Source: a virus
Strand: one strand, 5' to 3'
IMG/VR virus record: IMGVR_UViG_3300032322_001315
Span: 26,510-90,509 of that record
Length of the DNA: 64,000 bases
Shown here: positions 36,768 to 47,118 of the stretch, piece by piece
Layout of the letters: each line of letters begins with the position of its first letter
How positions within the stretch are numbered: the first letter of the stretch is position 1
Notes under the pieces: generated by a model
Seen by the model: only the letters and a program-made list of their open reading frames with translations
The model's database searches: none
Told to the model about the DNA's origin: nothing
Position numbers and translations under genes: made by a program

Positions 36768-37205
36768 CTAGTGTGCGCCATGTATAAATTTTTCCCATGC
36801 CATATATTCTTTGAGTTGCCAAGTTCTACTGTTCAACTCTTTTAGAATTGCTTCGCAAATACTTACTACCTCATCGTGATAGACCTTCTTTTCAAGAAGT
36901 CTAATCAAATCATTATCTGCTTCTAGATATGTAGTCACATCAGATTTGAGTGTATAACGAAATGGTTCCCAACCATGTTCCTCAAGTTCTTCTTGTGACA
37001 TTTTACCTGTATAATATTCCCACTTAGTCTTACGCAGACGATTATAGTCAAACATTGCTTTCTTAGAGGCAAGTTTGTGACTAGAAAGAATGTTCAAGTA
37101 TTTGCTATGTAGAATAGGAATACGGACGATTGCTCTAGATGCTTCTGTTTCATCAACAACAGAATCCTGTGCCCAATATTCAAGAACCTTGTCTAACGTT
37201 TCCAT
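36768..37205 (-). CDS. uvsY: recombination mediator UvsY
   Basis: IPILHSKY, EYYTGK, YLEAD, W.KF C-terminus. Confidence 0.92.
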   Translation of the reverse strand: METLDKVLEYWAQDSVVDETEASRAIVRIPILHSKYLNILSSHKLASKKAMFDYNRLRKTKWEYYTGKMSQEELEEHGWEPFRYTLKSDVTTYLEADNDLIRLLEKKVYHDEVVSICEAILKELNSRTWQLKEYMAWEKFIHGAH

Positions 37206-37231
37206 AATAAAAATCCTAAACTTAAAATTTC

Positions 37232-37260
37232 AGTATAACACAGATTGTATTAATCGTCAA
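37232..37260 (-). promoter_or_regulatory. sigma70-type promoter TTGACG-17-TATACT for uvsY
   Basis: 17-nt spacer, 27 nt upstream of the uvsY ATG. Confidence 0.7.
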
Positions 37261-37796
37261 CTAATTGTGCTGACTCTCAAATATGAAAATCTAAAGTTTG
37301 CCGTTGCAACTAATGGTGTGGTATTTTCATCTGTGGTAGTGAAATTGATTCCACTTAAATTTTCTGGAAACAAATCATAAAAATCTATAGTTATCTTTCT
37401 GTTATTAAGGGCACTTAAAATTTGCAAAGACCCATCAGAATATTGAGGTTTCTTAGAGTTCACAGTAAAAGGTGATAAATTTTTTAAATTTCTATACTCA
37501 TCGAAATTTTCTGGGAATGTCATACCTCTCAACCAATAGTAGATATCAGACCAAGAAGTTAAATCTTCGTTTACTAAAAATTTAACTTCTAATGGATCAT
37601 AATGAAATTTTGTTCCTGGAACATGAAGGTCAGAAAAAGGAGTAGGATGAATAATATCATCTAGATAACCACCAGGCAAATTAACTTCTTGGCAAAAATA
37701 TTGAGTGTTAGGTATTCTGCTAAAAGTAAACAGAAATTTTGTTTGCTGAAGTAAATCTTTATTTTGAGGTTGAGTGTTTACATATGGACTTAGCAT
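37257..37796 (-). CDS. 3: tail completion/sheath stabilizer gp3
   Basis: YFCQEVNLPG, FLVNEDL, SDGSL, FP..LSG. Confidence 0.88.
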   Translation of the reverse strand: MLSPYVNTQPQNKDLLQQTKFLFTFSRIPNTQYFCQEVNLPGGYLDDIIHPTPFSDLHVPGTKFHYDPLEVKFLVNEDLTSWSDIYYWLRGMTFPENFDEYRNLKNLSPFTVNSKKPQYSDGSLQILSALNNRKITIDFYDLFPENLSGINFTTTDENTTPLVATANFRFSYLRVSTIS

Positions 37797-37814
37797 AGTA
37801 TCTCCTTTGTCATT

Positions 37815-37822
37815 TATTTATA
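37815..37822 (-). promoter_or_regulatory. late promoter TATAAATA (gp3)
   Basis: Exact T4 consensus right after the gp23 terminator. Confidence 0.8.
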
Positions 37823-37827
37823 GAACC

Positions 37828-37857
37828 AAAAAAGAGGAGAGTCTTGCGACTCTCCTC
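37828..37857 (-). terminator. terminator after gene 23
   Basis: GAGGAGAGTC-GCAA-GACTCTCCTC followed by T6. Confidence 0.9.
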
Positions 37858-37887
37858 CAAGTGTCACTCTTAACGGTGACTCAAAAC

Positions 37888-39213
37888 TTACATCAGGTTT
37901 CTGACACCGAAAATACGGTAGTAGACGTTGGTGCGTGCTTGCAGAAGACCATTGCCTTGGGTTAGACCTTGTGCAAATGGGTTTGCAACCATACCATAAC
38001 GTGTCTTGAAACCAATCTTTGGTTGGAATGTGTCTTGGTCGACAGCACGAACCATTTGGAGAGGAACGTATGGGCAGTAGAAGAGACCTGCGTCATATGG
38101 TGATGAACCTTTATAACCAACTGTTACTAGTTCTTGGTTAGCGGTGTATCCTCCAAAGTATGGATCGATGTAAACCTTGATACGACCATGTAGAAGTCCA
38201 GCAAATGTATTGCCAGTGTCATCTACTGTTAGGTCTGCTTGAAGTGCTGGAGTATATGAAAGAACCCCTGCCATTGCCATTGCTGAAGCAACGTCTGAAG
38301 AAACAATCAGAACGTTACCCTTACCTCTACGGGTTTGCTTAGCGATAACATTAGCATCACGTTCAATTTGGAAAATCAGACCCTTGAAACGTTCAACTGA
38401 CCAACGACCATTTGAGTCGGTATCTAGGTCGAAATAACCAGAAGTAACGGTACCGTACTGAGCACCTGGAACAGCGCAGGTGTAGATGGTGCGAATAACT
38501 TCACGGTTGATTTCTGAAAGAATTTCTGTTGACAGAATGTTGCTCAGTTCTGTCTCAGCATCTAGACCATGGATTGCCTTCAGGTCTTGTGCGAGTTCTA
38601 ACGAGTATTCAGCCTTCAGGGCACGTGATTGAGCAGTTACAGTAACTTTTTCAATTGTGAATCCCATTTGCTGGAAGATAGCGTTAGCATTTGAACCTAG
38701 ATATTCTGCGGTTGCAGTTGGCATTCCAATACCAGTTGTGAATGCGTTTGCAGTCAGGTTAGCAACTGGGTTGGTTGAGGTGTCTGAATCCAGAGTACCT
38801 CTGAAACCGTATGGGTTTGCTGCTGAAACTGCACCAGAGAAAATGGTATTTGCTTCATTGTAGAATGCTTCTGAGTTATTGCCTTGACCATTGTAACGAG
38901 CTCTCATTGCGAAAATGAGTCCTGTTGGTCCAGTCATTGGTTGAACACCAGCAACGTCATAAGCAATCAGGTTTGGCAACGAACGGCGAACAAGAGAAAT
39001 CAGGATTGGGTCAAAGTTTTGAACACCACCAGTGATGTTTGTTGGACCTGGACCTGCTTCTGATAGAACTTGTCTTGCTTCGTTCATAGCTTGTTGTTGA
39101 TTTTCCAGAACAAGTGCTGTAACAGCCTTCTTGTAAGGATCCTTGATGGAGTCTAGTTCTGGATGTTCCAGAACTGGCTGCCATTTCTTTTGTAGTTCTT
39201 CGGTTAAGTACAT
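37888..39213 (-). CDS. 23: major capsid protein gp23
   Basis: GVQPMTGPTGLIFAMR, SRALKAEYSLELAQDLKAIHGLDAE, FQPKIGFKTRYG. Confidence 0.99.
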   Translation of the reverse strand: MYLTEELQKKWQPVLEHPELDSIKDPYKKAVTALVLENQQQAMNEARQVLSEAGPGPTNITGGVQNFDPILISLVRRSLPNLIAYDVAGVQPMTGPTGLIFAMRARYNGQGNNSEAFYNEANTIFSGAVSAANPYGFRGTLDSDTSTNPVANLTANAFTTGIGMPTATAEYLGSNANAIFQQMGFTIEKVTVTAQSRALKAEYSLELAQDLKAIHGLDAETELSNILSTEILSEINREVIRTIYTCAVPGAQYGTVTSGYFDLDTDSNGRWSVERFKGLIFQIERDANVIAKQTRRGKGNVLIVSSDVASAMAMAGVLSYTPALQADLTVDDTGNTFAGLLHGRIKVYIDPYFGGYTANQELVTVGYKGSSPYDAGLFYCPYVPLQMVRAVDQDTFQPKIGFKTRYGMVANPFAQGLTQGNGLLQARTNVYYRIFGVRNLM

Positions 39214-39245
39214 TTACTTCTCCTTGTTTTTTATTGGTTTTTTAT

Positions 39246-40463
39246 TTATTTGGCAAGTGATTTTGAGATTGCTTGTGCATAAACATTCATATCATGGTCT
39301 GCCGACTTGCTCTTTGGTGCTTCTTCTTCAATATGAACTTCTTCGTTCATTTGCTCAGAATCAGCTGCTTTAACTACAGGAGCGAAATATGATTCTTTTA
39401 GTGTGTTTAATGCACTTTCAAATTCCTCATCAGATGAATAATCGACATTCTCTGCGAGCGCCTTTAATTTCTCTGCTTGAGTTTGTGTAAGACCTTCGCA
39501 CGCTTCACGAATTGCCTCTAATTTTTGTTGTTCGACTAGTGCCTTAGCAAATTCAACATTCTTTTCAATTTCTTCGTTAAGTGATTCTTCAAGAGATTCG
39601 ACCTTAGCAACTAGTTCTTCAACTACATTAACTCTGTCTTCTGGTATATCAATATATGACTCAACAAATAGGTTACGCAGTTTGTAGATAAATTCTTCTA
39701 CAATTTCTGAACGTAGACCATTTTCAATTGCGAGTTCGTTTTCTGACATCCATTCTTCAACCATATAGTTGAGATAATCATCAAGTTTTTCTGAAAGTTC
39801 TTGCTTGATTTCTTCAACGGCCAATTCAAATTCTTCGATAAGTTGTTGTTCTGCTTCAGCAATAACTTCTTCAGCACGGGAGATAACTGCTGCTTCAAAA
39901 ATTGTTGTTGCCTTTTGAACAAACTCTTCCGAAAGGTTTTCGCCTGAAACAAGAGCAGCAATATCTTCTTTCATTTTTTCTTTCATCTTTGAATGCATCT
40001 TTGAATGCATCTTTTCTTTACGTTCATCGTGTGACTCATCGTCATGTTCATATTCTTCTGGAACCATTGGTGCCATTGCGCCTGGATTTGAAGTCATTGT
40101 TTGCGTTGCAAGTTTTCCTGGTCTACGGTCACGAACTGAATCGTAGTCGGTAGCATCTGATTGTTGTGCAATCTTTAAATCTGAACGACCTTGAGTTTCT
40201 TGTGGTTGACCAGAAAATTTATGCATTGGTTCTGAACTAACTGGAGGGGTAGCGCCAGGAGGAGTAGCAGAAGGAACACCACTTGTATAATCTGGAAGTT
40301 CATCTGTTTCTTTTCTTGGTGATTGTCCGATTAGACCTGCTTCTTTAGTACCATAAGCGGCATCGCCGTGAAGTCTTGCTGGCTTATCTTGCCCGGAACG
40401 TTTTGATGCAACGGTTGCATCAAGAATTTCCTTAGCGGCCTCAGATAAATTGTATTTTGCCAT
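39246..40463 (-). CDS. 22: prohead core scaffold gp22
   Basis: LSEEF..KATTIFEAAV, YLNYMVEEW, LKESYF; synteny. Confidence 0.92.
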   Translation of the reverse strand: MAKYNLSEAAKEILDATVASKRSGQDKPARLHGDAAYGTKEAGLIGQSPRKETDELPDYTSGVPSATPPGATPPVSSEPMHKFSGQPQETQGRSDLKIAQQSDATDYDSVRDRRPGKLATQTMTSNPGAMAPMVPEEYEHDDESHDERKEKMHSKMHSKMKEKMKEDIAALVSGENLSEEFVQKATTIFEAAVISRAEEVIAEAEQQLIEEFELAVEEIKQELSEKLDDYLNYMVEEWMSENELAIENGLRSEIVEEFIYKLRNLFVESYIDIPEDRVNVVEELVAKVESLEESLNEEIEKNVEFAKALVEQQKLEAIREACEGLTQTQAEKLKALAENVDYSSDEEFESALNTLKESYFAPVVKAADSEQMNEEVHIEEEAPKSKSADHDMNVYAQAISKSLAK

Positions 40464-40493
40464 TTTGAAAATCTCCTTGTTTTCTGTATTGAA

Positions 40494-40501
40494 TATTTAT
40501 A
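40494..40501 (-). promoter_or_regulatory. late promoter TATAAATA (gp22-23)
   Basis: Exact consensus. Confidence 0.8.
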
Positions 40502-40502
40502 A

Positions 40503-41147
40503 TTAAAGTTTTTTAATGAAGTTTTCAAATATGCGTAGACTTACTTCTTCAATTTCTCGTTTAGATGCCTTGCGAATTTCTTCTCTGGCTTGAGTATATT
40601 CTACTTCAGTCCATACGCCATTTACTAACATCCATTCTTTGCCTTCCATTATTCCTTGTACAAAAGCACCAGGAGCAGAAGGATCCGCTACAATATCCGC
40701 CGCTGTGGCCAGATGAAAGTCATCTTGAACTACATTAACACCGTTGACATTTTTAAGAGAACCCATACCTCTAGATGAAACTCCAAGTTGAGCACCACCT
40801 TCAATCAGATTTCTTGCAATGTTGCCCATTGGTGTGTCAAGAATTTTTGCTTTGCCTATCCAAGTTGAACCTTGTTTTGTGAGATTCTTAATCAGAATCG
40901 CAACTCTATCAAGATTAATTGTAGGTGTATCTGGATGTCCCAGTTCACCAAAGGCACGATTTTTGTTGATATATTCTTCTGTATATCTCTTTACTTCTTT
41001 GTCTAATGTTTGCTCTTTGTATAAACGGCCATTCTTGTTTTGTTTTTCGCCAACAAGAAATGGTCCTTCTATGAAAAGAGACTTTTTACCGTTTTCTTCT
41101 TCGGTAATAAAGTTTACTGATTCTGTAACTTCTGTAATTAGTTTCAT
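40503..41147 (-). CDS. 21: prohead protease gp21
   Basis: MKLITE, GELGHP, GVSSRGMGS, DIVADPSAPGA. Confidence 0.97.
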   Translation of the reverse strand: MKLITEVTESVNFITEEENGKKSLFIEGPFLVGEKQNKNGRLYKEQTLDKEVKRYTEEYINKNRAFGELGHPDTPTINLDRVAILIKNLTKQGSTWIGKAKILDTPMGNIARNLIEGGAQLGVSSRGMGSLKNVNGVNVVQDDFHLATAADIVADPSAPGAFVQGIMEGKEWMLVNGVWTEVEYTQAREEIRKASKREIEEVSLRIFENFIKKL

Positions 41148-41674
41148 GGTGTTATGCCATATGGAGGATAGTTGAACGCTGCAGGATCGTTGAACTGGCC
41201 TGCTTGGAAGTATCTGTTGTCTTTATGTAGTTCAACGATTAAAGTATATGCAGCATTTGCTACAGTACCGACTGTTTGAACTGTAATGTTTCCTGTTGGG
41301 TTTACTGCGTTATTCCAAATAACTGGAAGGTTATCATTTGGATTTGTATCTCCAGTACCAACTCCTAATGCTACGATAGTTCTATCATTAGCAGCAGCAT
41401 TACCTTGCCATTTTAATTGCAAATGACCAAGTTCACCGTCAACATTATATACAATTCTCTTTATCGTTAAACCATTCGCTCCGAAACCAGAAGGTAAAGT
41501 GTTTCCTGTGCGCCATAGATTACCATTGGCATCAAGAACACCACTAAGAGTTCTAGGATCGAGCATTACGGTTTGTACCTCATCTCCGCCAGATGTATCA
41601 AAAATACCAATTCTTTTGATTACTGCTCTTTTTGTGGTATCAATCAATACCTGTGTGCTATTTGAAGTTGCCAT
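41144..41674 (-). CDS. putative virion structural protein
   Basis: Head-module position upstream of 21; N/G/T-rich beta-type sequence; YTLIVELHK. Confidence 0.6.
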   Translation of the reverse strand: MATSNSTQVLIDTTKRAVIKRIGIFDTSGGDEVQTVMLDPRTLSGVLDANGNLWRTGNTLPSGFGANGLTIKRIVYNVDGELGHLQLKWQGNAAANDRTIVALGVGTGDTNPNDNLPVIWNNAVNPTGNITVQTVGTVANAAYTLIVELHKDNRYFQAGQFNDPAAFNYPPYGITP

Positions 41675-41677
41675 TTT

Positions 41678-41932
41678 TTATCCTTTTTTACTCGCTGCTT
41701 TCCATCCTAAGTTGGAATATGGAACAGTTACATATTGATTTAATGCTTCTATGTAATATAGAGCAACTTTGTTGCCTTGCGGAAACTGACGAATAGAAAC
41801 TCTACGCATCACTAGTACGTTAGGAGGATCTGCTTGATGTTCGTGATTTTCCACTTCTTGGAGTTGAACCGCTTCCTCAAACATATCAGTCTGATTTGAA
41901 TTGCGGTTCATAAACTCCTTTAGTGTCAGCAT
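41678..41932 (-). CDS. small prohead core-like protein (gp68 position)
   Basis: Synteny; DPPNVLVMRRVSIRQFP. Confidence 0.55.
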   Translation of the reverse strand: MLTLKEFMNRNSNQTDMFEEAVQLQEVENHEHQADPPNVLVMRRVSIRQFPQGNKVALYYIEALNQYVTVPYSNLGWKAASKKG

Positions 41933-41933
41933 C

Positions 41934-42863
41934 TCAATCTTCCTCTTTTTCTTTAGGAGTGCGTTTTGCTAGTCTTGCCATATCTTTATCTGGGTCAACC
42001 TTGACTTTAGGAAGAGTAACTCCTCTCTTCTTTAGTTCTTTGTCAGCAATACGAACATCTGGATCCTCATCGTCATCGTAAGATTCTTTTGTTGTTTTTT
42101 GTGCCATACGCTTCATTTGCGCTTTGACTTCGGGACTCTTCATTATATTTTCAAACTCTTTGTTTGGATCATACCACTTGCCAGTCTTGCGGTCTTGAAC
42201 TAGTTTATGAGCATTGGGATCTTCATCATCATAAGATTCTTTTGCTATTCTGGCAGCTGCTCTATCCAATCCTACCATTCTTTTTGAAGCTTGCTTAGCC
42301 AATGCTAAAGAGGCTTTAGCTTGAGGATGGTCACTTGGACTTTGACCCATTTTTGGAGTTTGTCTTCCTCTTTGACTTGCATAGGATTGAGCATCTCGGG
42401 TTTTAGTTAAATCTTCAACCCCTTTCTTGTAGTAGCTCTTAAGAGCTCTTTGACCTCTAGGAGTATCACCAATTTCATTTAGTGTTTCTTCTTCAATCTG
42501 TTCGTCTTCTTCATCCCAATCATCTTCTTCATCGTCACCTGGACCTTCGTATGATTCTTTTGCTAACTTGTCGGATGCTCTAGAACCACCAGGTAATTGT
42601 TTATTTGCTGTCTTAGCAGTCTGCTTTGCGGCTTTTTCCGCATCTCGTTTAGCCATGTTCTTACGCACACTTGCTACATATTCATCCTCTTCATCATCAC
42701 CCGAACCTTCGTATGATTCTTGAGCAACTAAAGTTTGTGCAATTTCTTGCTTCTTTGATTCGATAGCAGCATGTACTCTATCCCAAATAGAAGCATAGAG
42801 AGATTCACGAACACCTACGGCGTTTCCGTCTTGTGCATAATCAATAATTTTTCTTGTATCCAT
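41934..42863 (-). CDS. prohead core protein (gp67 position) with repeated xKESY segments
   Basis: gp67-like N-terminal helix, then acidic/basic repeats. Confidence 0.6.
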   Translation of the reverse strand: MDTRKIIDYAQDGNAVGVRESLYASIWDRVHAAIESKKQEIAQTLVAQESYEGSGDDEEDEYVASVRKNMAKRDAEKAAKQTAKTANKQLPGGSRASDKLAKESYEGPGDDEEDDWDEEDEQIEEETLNEIGDTPRGQRALKSYYKKGVEDLTKTRDAQSYASQRGRQTPKMGQSPSDHPQAKASLALAKQASKRMVGLDRAAARIAKESYDDEDPNAHKLVQDRKTGKWYDPNKEFENIMKSPEVKAQMKRMAQKTTKESYDDDEDPDVRIADKELKKRGVTLPKVKVDPDKDMARLAKRTPKEKEED

Positions 42864-42908
42864 TTTTTTATATCCTTTAATTATTAGGTATTGATACCAG
42901 TTAATGAA

Positions 42909-42916
42909 TATTTATA
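42909..42916 (-). promoter_or_regulatory. late promoter TATAAATA
   Basis: Exact consensus overlapping the portal stop codon. Confidence 0.75.
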
Positions 42917-44603
42917 ATATTTTGTGAAGTCTAGAAATCATTGAAATTTCTCCTAAATTTAAATCACCTTTTGTTTCAGGTTCTTCTTTTTTAGCAGGAG
43001 TTTTTCTATCTGTCTTCTTTACAACAGAAACGCCTTGTTCTGGTTGTGCTTGTTGGTCTTGCTGTAATGCATTCATCATTTGTTGTTGTAATACCGAATT
43101 CATTACTTCTGTAGGAACATCAAGACCTGCACCTCTTTCTTTTGCGATTTCATTATCAATTGCTTGCATTTCTTCGTCGTCTAGCCTTAGAACATTTCTA
43201 CGAATCCAATTCATTGAGAAATAACGACCAGTATATGGATCGATTTCTTGCAATAATGCAAGTCTTTCTTTCATTAACTCTGCTTCTTTTAATTCGGTAA
43301 AGTTATTATCTTTAATGAAATCAAAGAAGATATGTTCTTTCATTTCATCATATTCTTCAGCAGTACAAATACCTTTTAATACACATTGTACTCTTAATGC
43401 TTGGTCAAATAAATCAGCAAACTTATTGCGTAGTCTATCAATGAATTTTGAGAACTTTAATTCATCTCTTGTGATTTCTGATGAACGACCAATTGTAAAT
43501 CCTTGTGAAGATTCCAGTCTTGAAATAGGAACGTTTAATGCTTTGTATAGTTTCTTTTCAAAATACTTAACGTCTTCTAATTCGCCTAGATTTTGACCAC
43601 CAGGTAATGTTTGAATTTCAGTACCTTTACCGCCATCTCTACGAGGTAACCAGAAATCTTCCATCATTGATAGGAACTTACGGTCATCACGAACTTCACC
43701 TGTGTTTGCGTCATAGACAAGTTTGTTCTTATACTTGACCATGATATCACGCAGATATTGTTCTGCTTTTAGTTTTGGTAAGTTACCTACGTCAATGTAG
43801 AAAATTCTACGTTCTGGTGCTCTTGAGATGCGATAGATGACTGTAGCATCTTCAATCATGCGTAACTGATTGAGAGGTTTGATTGCTTTGTGTAGATATG
43901 ACAATACAACTGCTCTACGAGAATCCATAAGTCCAGAATTGACATTGATGATGGCATCTTTAGTGATACGAACACCAACTGGACCGTAGTTTGATTGTGA
44001 ACCTGATATTGCTTTGTCGTTGAAAATGTAATACTCATTCATTACATTCATGATATCAACGCCACTACGTTCGTCTTTCTTCTTCTTTATTTCTCTGACC
44101 TTACGAATCTTTCTTGGGTCAACATAACGCAATTCTCTGATACCTAGTGTTGGATTATCTCTATCAATAATAACATGATAGAATAATCTTCCATCAATAT
44201 AATATCTTCTGAATATGTCATGCGCCATATTATTATAATTTAATAGACGCAGAACAGTATTAAATTCTTGTGATATGGCGTTTTTAATTTTGTCTGATTG
44301 TTTTAAATCGTCCATAACAAGTTTGATATTTCTACCATCATCATCTTGAACGATGGCCTCACTTACAATATCATCAATGGCGGATTCAATTTCTGGTTGC
44401 ATCGCCATTTCACGATAACGAGAAATTAATTCTACTTCGTTTTTTGCTGTTCCATCTAAGTCAACATATGTTCCGTAATATGCTGCTGATGTAATAGTTA
44501 AGGCGCCGTCATCACTATTTGGGACGGCGAACGACTGCTGGACTGATTGTTCTTCCTCAGCCTTTTCTCTAGATATTGTAAAACCAAATAAACTTAGTGC
44601 CAA
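42912..44603 (-). CDS. 20: portal protein gp20
   Basis: YRISRAPERRIFYIDVGNLPK, MEDFWLPRR, LPGGQNLG; TTG start with AGGAG SD. Confidence 0.98.
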   Translation of the reverse strand: MALSLFGFTISREKAEEEQSVQQSFAVPNSDDGALTITSAAYYGTYVDLDGTAKNEVELISRYREMAMQPEIESAIDDIVSEAIVQDDDGRNIKLVMDDLKQSDKIKNAISQEFNTVLRLLNYNNMAHDIFRRYYIDGRLFYHVIIDRDNPTLGIRELRYVDPRKIRKVREIKKKKDERSGVDIMNVMNEYYIFNDKAISGSQSNYGPVGVRITKDAIINVNSGLMDSRRAVVLSYLHKAIKPLNQLRMIEDATVIYRISRAPERRIFYIDVGNLPKLKAEQYLRDIMVKYKNKLVYDANTGEVRDDRKFLSMMEDFWLPRRDGGKGTEIQTLPGGQNLGELEDVKYFEKKLYKALNVPISRLESSQGFTIGRSSEITRDELKFSKFIDRLRNKFADLFDQALRVQCVLKGICTAEEYDEMKEHIFFDFIKDNNFTELKEAELMKERLALLQEIDPYTGRYFSMNWIRRNVLRLDDEEMQAIDNEIAKERGAGLDVPTEVMNSVLQQQMMNALQQDQQAQPEQGVSVVKKTDRKTPAKKEEPETKGDLNLGEISMISRLHKIL

Positions 44604-44633
44604 AATTATTCTCCTACATTATGTAATCAAAGT

Positions 44634-44653
44634 GAGGAGTCCGAAGACTCCTC
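44634..44653 (-). terminator. cUUCGg hairpin after gene 19
   Basis: GAGGAGTC-TTCG-GACTCCTC with a weak U-tract. Confidence 0.75.
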
Positions 44654-44674
44654 TTTATAATATTAAAAATCAAT

Positions 44675-45217
44675 TTAGGTAGTTGTATCTGCTTCCCACC
44701 ATTGATATGCGAATGTAGCACCATATTCTTCGATGGTGTCATTTGAACCCCAATCAAGTTCGATTGGTGCAATATCAACTGGGAACAATCCAACAAACTT
44801 GTAAGTCTTGATAACCTCTCCAGACTTGCCATATTGTTGAACAGTAGCATCGACACTATATTGATTTGGTGATGCTGCTGCTCCATTTCTCACGTTGCTG
44901 ACATGGCTGTTGATGTTATTTGACCAATTTTCAAGAGCATTTCTGATTGAGAAATCTTCATCGTTGATGATTGTTAATGTCCAATCACCAAAGGTTCTAT
45001 TTCCTGCAAACTTCAGTTCACGACCAAAATAATACATAGGAACTGCTGTCACAGAAGAACCTGGAAGTTGTGCTGCTTTTGCTAGAAAAGTGGTTTTGTT
45101 ACCAGCGGCCGAACCATTCGTTACAAATGTTGGAAACACTAGAGTTACGGCGAATAGATTAGGACGGGCTCCGTCCCCTAGCATATTCGCTCTAAATTCT
45201 GCTACGTTGAATGCCAT
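44675..45217 (-). CDS. 19: tail tube protein gp19
   Basis: GARPNLF, AAQLPGS, GRELKFAGNRTF, WTLTIINDEDF, FAYQWW. Confidence 0.96.
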   Translation of the reverse strand: MAFNVAEFRANMLGDGARPNLFAVTLVFPTFVTNGSAAGNKTTFLAKAAQLPGSSVTAVPMYYFGRELKFAGNRTFGDWTLTIINDEDFSIRNALENWSNNINSHVSNVRNGAAASPNQYSVDATVQQYGKSGEVIKTYKFVGLFPVDIAPIELDWGSNDTIEEYGATFAYQWWEADTTT

Positions 45218-45244
45218 TCTTTTCTCCTTGTTCCTTTATTGTAT

Positions 45245-47044
45245 TTAGATAGCACCAGTTACTTCAGAGAAGCTGACACCAGTTCCAACTGCAATGAAAT
45301 TCAGTTTAATGTAGTTGATAGAACGAGCAGGTTTGATGTAAATGTCTCCAACAAACTGATTGTTATCAATGACAGATCCAGTATTATTTGTTTCATCGCA
45401 AACAACACGGAAGTCATAGATACCACGGCGACCCTGAACATCACGCAAGAATGGTGTTACTAGAGCAACAAATTGGGCTCGAGTGAATGCGTCATTAAAT
45501 TCGAATAGCGAATACTTTGCAGCCAGTGAGATTGCTTTTTCTAGAACAATAAACAATCTGCGGACGTTGATTCTGTCAAATGCAGATGGTTTTGTTTGTA
45601 GAGTCTTATCACCATACAGAACTGTTCCATTTCCTGGGAAGGTAACGACAGGGTTAACGCCCACAGGATATAGAATATCTCTTGCTGTTTGATTTGGATT
45701 CCATGCTAGTTTGACTGCATTCTTGATAGCACCTCTGTTGAATCCTGCTGGTGAATACCATGGATCTCTTACTGCATCTGTATATACGCATAGACCAGCA
45801 ATGTCACCATTTAAAGGCACCCAACGATAAATGCTGTTGTATTTGTCATACATGTACTTCCATCCACTATCAGCAACAACGTATGAACTTGAACGAGCAA
45901 GTGAATTCAACCAAGATTGAATTGAAGTTGTTTCACTGCCACCATTATTGACGACTGCTGAATATGGTGGTGATACAAATAATAGAGAATCTCCAGAGCG
46001 ACCTGTTAGACTTCCTGCGCCTGTACAGATATTGTCAATAATATATTGTTGAACTGATACAGTATTTGCTACGTTTGAGGATCCGCAATCGGCAGTTAAG
46101 AACAATGACACATCTACAGTATCTTTGTTGTTAAATAGGTCATATCCAGCTTGAATATTTCCTATTGTTACATCAGTATCAGTACCAGTGCTTAAGGAAA
46201 CTGAAATACTACCATTTGCATATGTAGCAGATGAAATTCTTGCAAAGTTTGTATTTGCAGCAGTTAGACCCCAAGTAGAATTTGTATTTGCATAATCTGC
46301 TGGATCCATTGCGTAGATATATTTTGAACCATTAAACACAACAGTCTTATAATATGTTGAACCACCGTTACCGTCTACGGCATCAACTGCCTTAGATACA
46401 TATGGAAATACTTCTAGAATAGTTCCTCTGGTGCCTGTAAATAATCCCTTGGCATCGGAAACTACAATGTGGAATTCATCATTTGCTCCACCTTGACCAG
46501 AGGCATATGTTGATGTTCCTGGTGCTGAAGACACAACACCTCTCCATGATTGAGATGTATTTGCAGCATTCCAAGAGATTGTCGCATTTGCAAAGAGCGT
46601 TGCGTTTGAACTATCAAACACATCAACCTGCAATGAATTTCCTAGAGCACCAGGATATCTTCCGGCAAATGCACCATATGCATTCCCGTTATTTTGATTA
46701 TAGAATCTATTAAAATACGAATCTTCGTTCTTTATTTGAACAAGGTTTGTTGTATTTGCATCTGCATTAAATGTGTTTGCATTGACAACACGAACAACTC
46801 TTAAATCGTTACCATATGCTAAGAAACTAGCACATGTGAAGAAATTGGTTGCTACATTTGAGTTTGGACCTAAAGGAGCAAATGTTGAAACAAGAGTGAT
46901 TTCGCTATCAATTACTTTAATTACGTCTGATGGACCCCACAGGAATCTACCAGCAAAGGCTCCGGTTGTTGAACTTACTGAAGGAATAACCGTAGTTAAA
47001 TCTACTTCAGCTACACTTACTCCTGGAGATAACTGAATTGCCAT
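45245..47044 (-). CDS. 18: tail sheath protein gp18
   Basis: SPGVSVAEVDLT, SPAGFNRG, SAFDRINVRRLF, IKPARSIN; late-type TCTAAATA at 47098-47105 and 45242-45249. Confidence 0.97.
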   Translation of the reverse strand: MAIQLSPGVSVAEVDLTTVIPSVSSTTGAFAGRFLWGPSDVIKVIDSEITLVSTFAPLGPNSNVATNFFTCASFLAYGNDLRVVRVVNANTFNADANTTNLVQIKNEDSYFNRFYNQNNGNAYGAFAGRYPGALGNSLQVDVFDSSNATLFANATISWNAANTSQSWRGVVSSAPGTSTYASGQGGANDEFHIVVSDAKGLFTGTRGTILEVFPYVSKAVDAVDGNGGSTYYKTVVFNGSKYIYAMDPADYANTNSTWGLTAANTNFARISSATYANGSISVSLSTGTDTDVTIGNIQAGYDLFNNKDTVDVSLFLTADCGSSNVANTVSVQQYIIDNICTGAGSLTGRSGDSLLFVSPPYSAVVNNGGSETTSIQSWLNSLARSSSYVVADSGWKYMYDKYNSIYRWVPLNGDIAGLCVYTDAVRDPWYSPAGFNRGAIKNAVKLAWNPNQTARDILYPVGVNPVVTFPGNGTVLYGDKTLQTKPSAFDRINVRRLFIVLEKAISLAAKYSLFEFNDAFTRAQFVALVTPFLRDVQGRRGIYDFRVVCDETNNTGSVIDNNQFVGDIYIKPARSINYIKLNFIAVGTGVSFSEVTGAI

Positions 47045-47118
47045 CTTTTTCTCCTTGTGATATTATAGTTTGGCAGGTATATTTTGAATATACTGATTAT
47101 TTAGAAAAAAGTAGTTTC

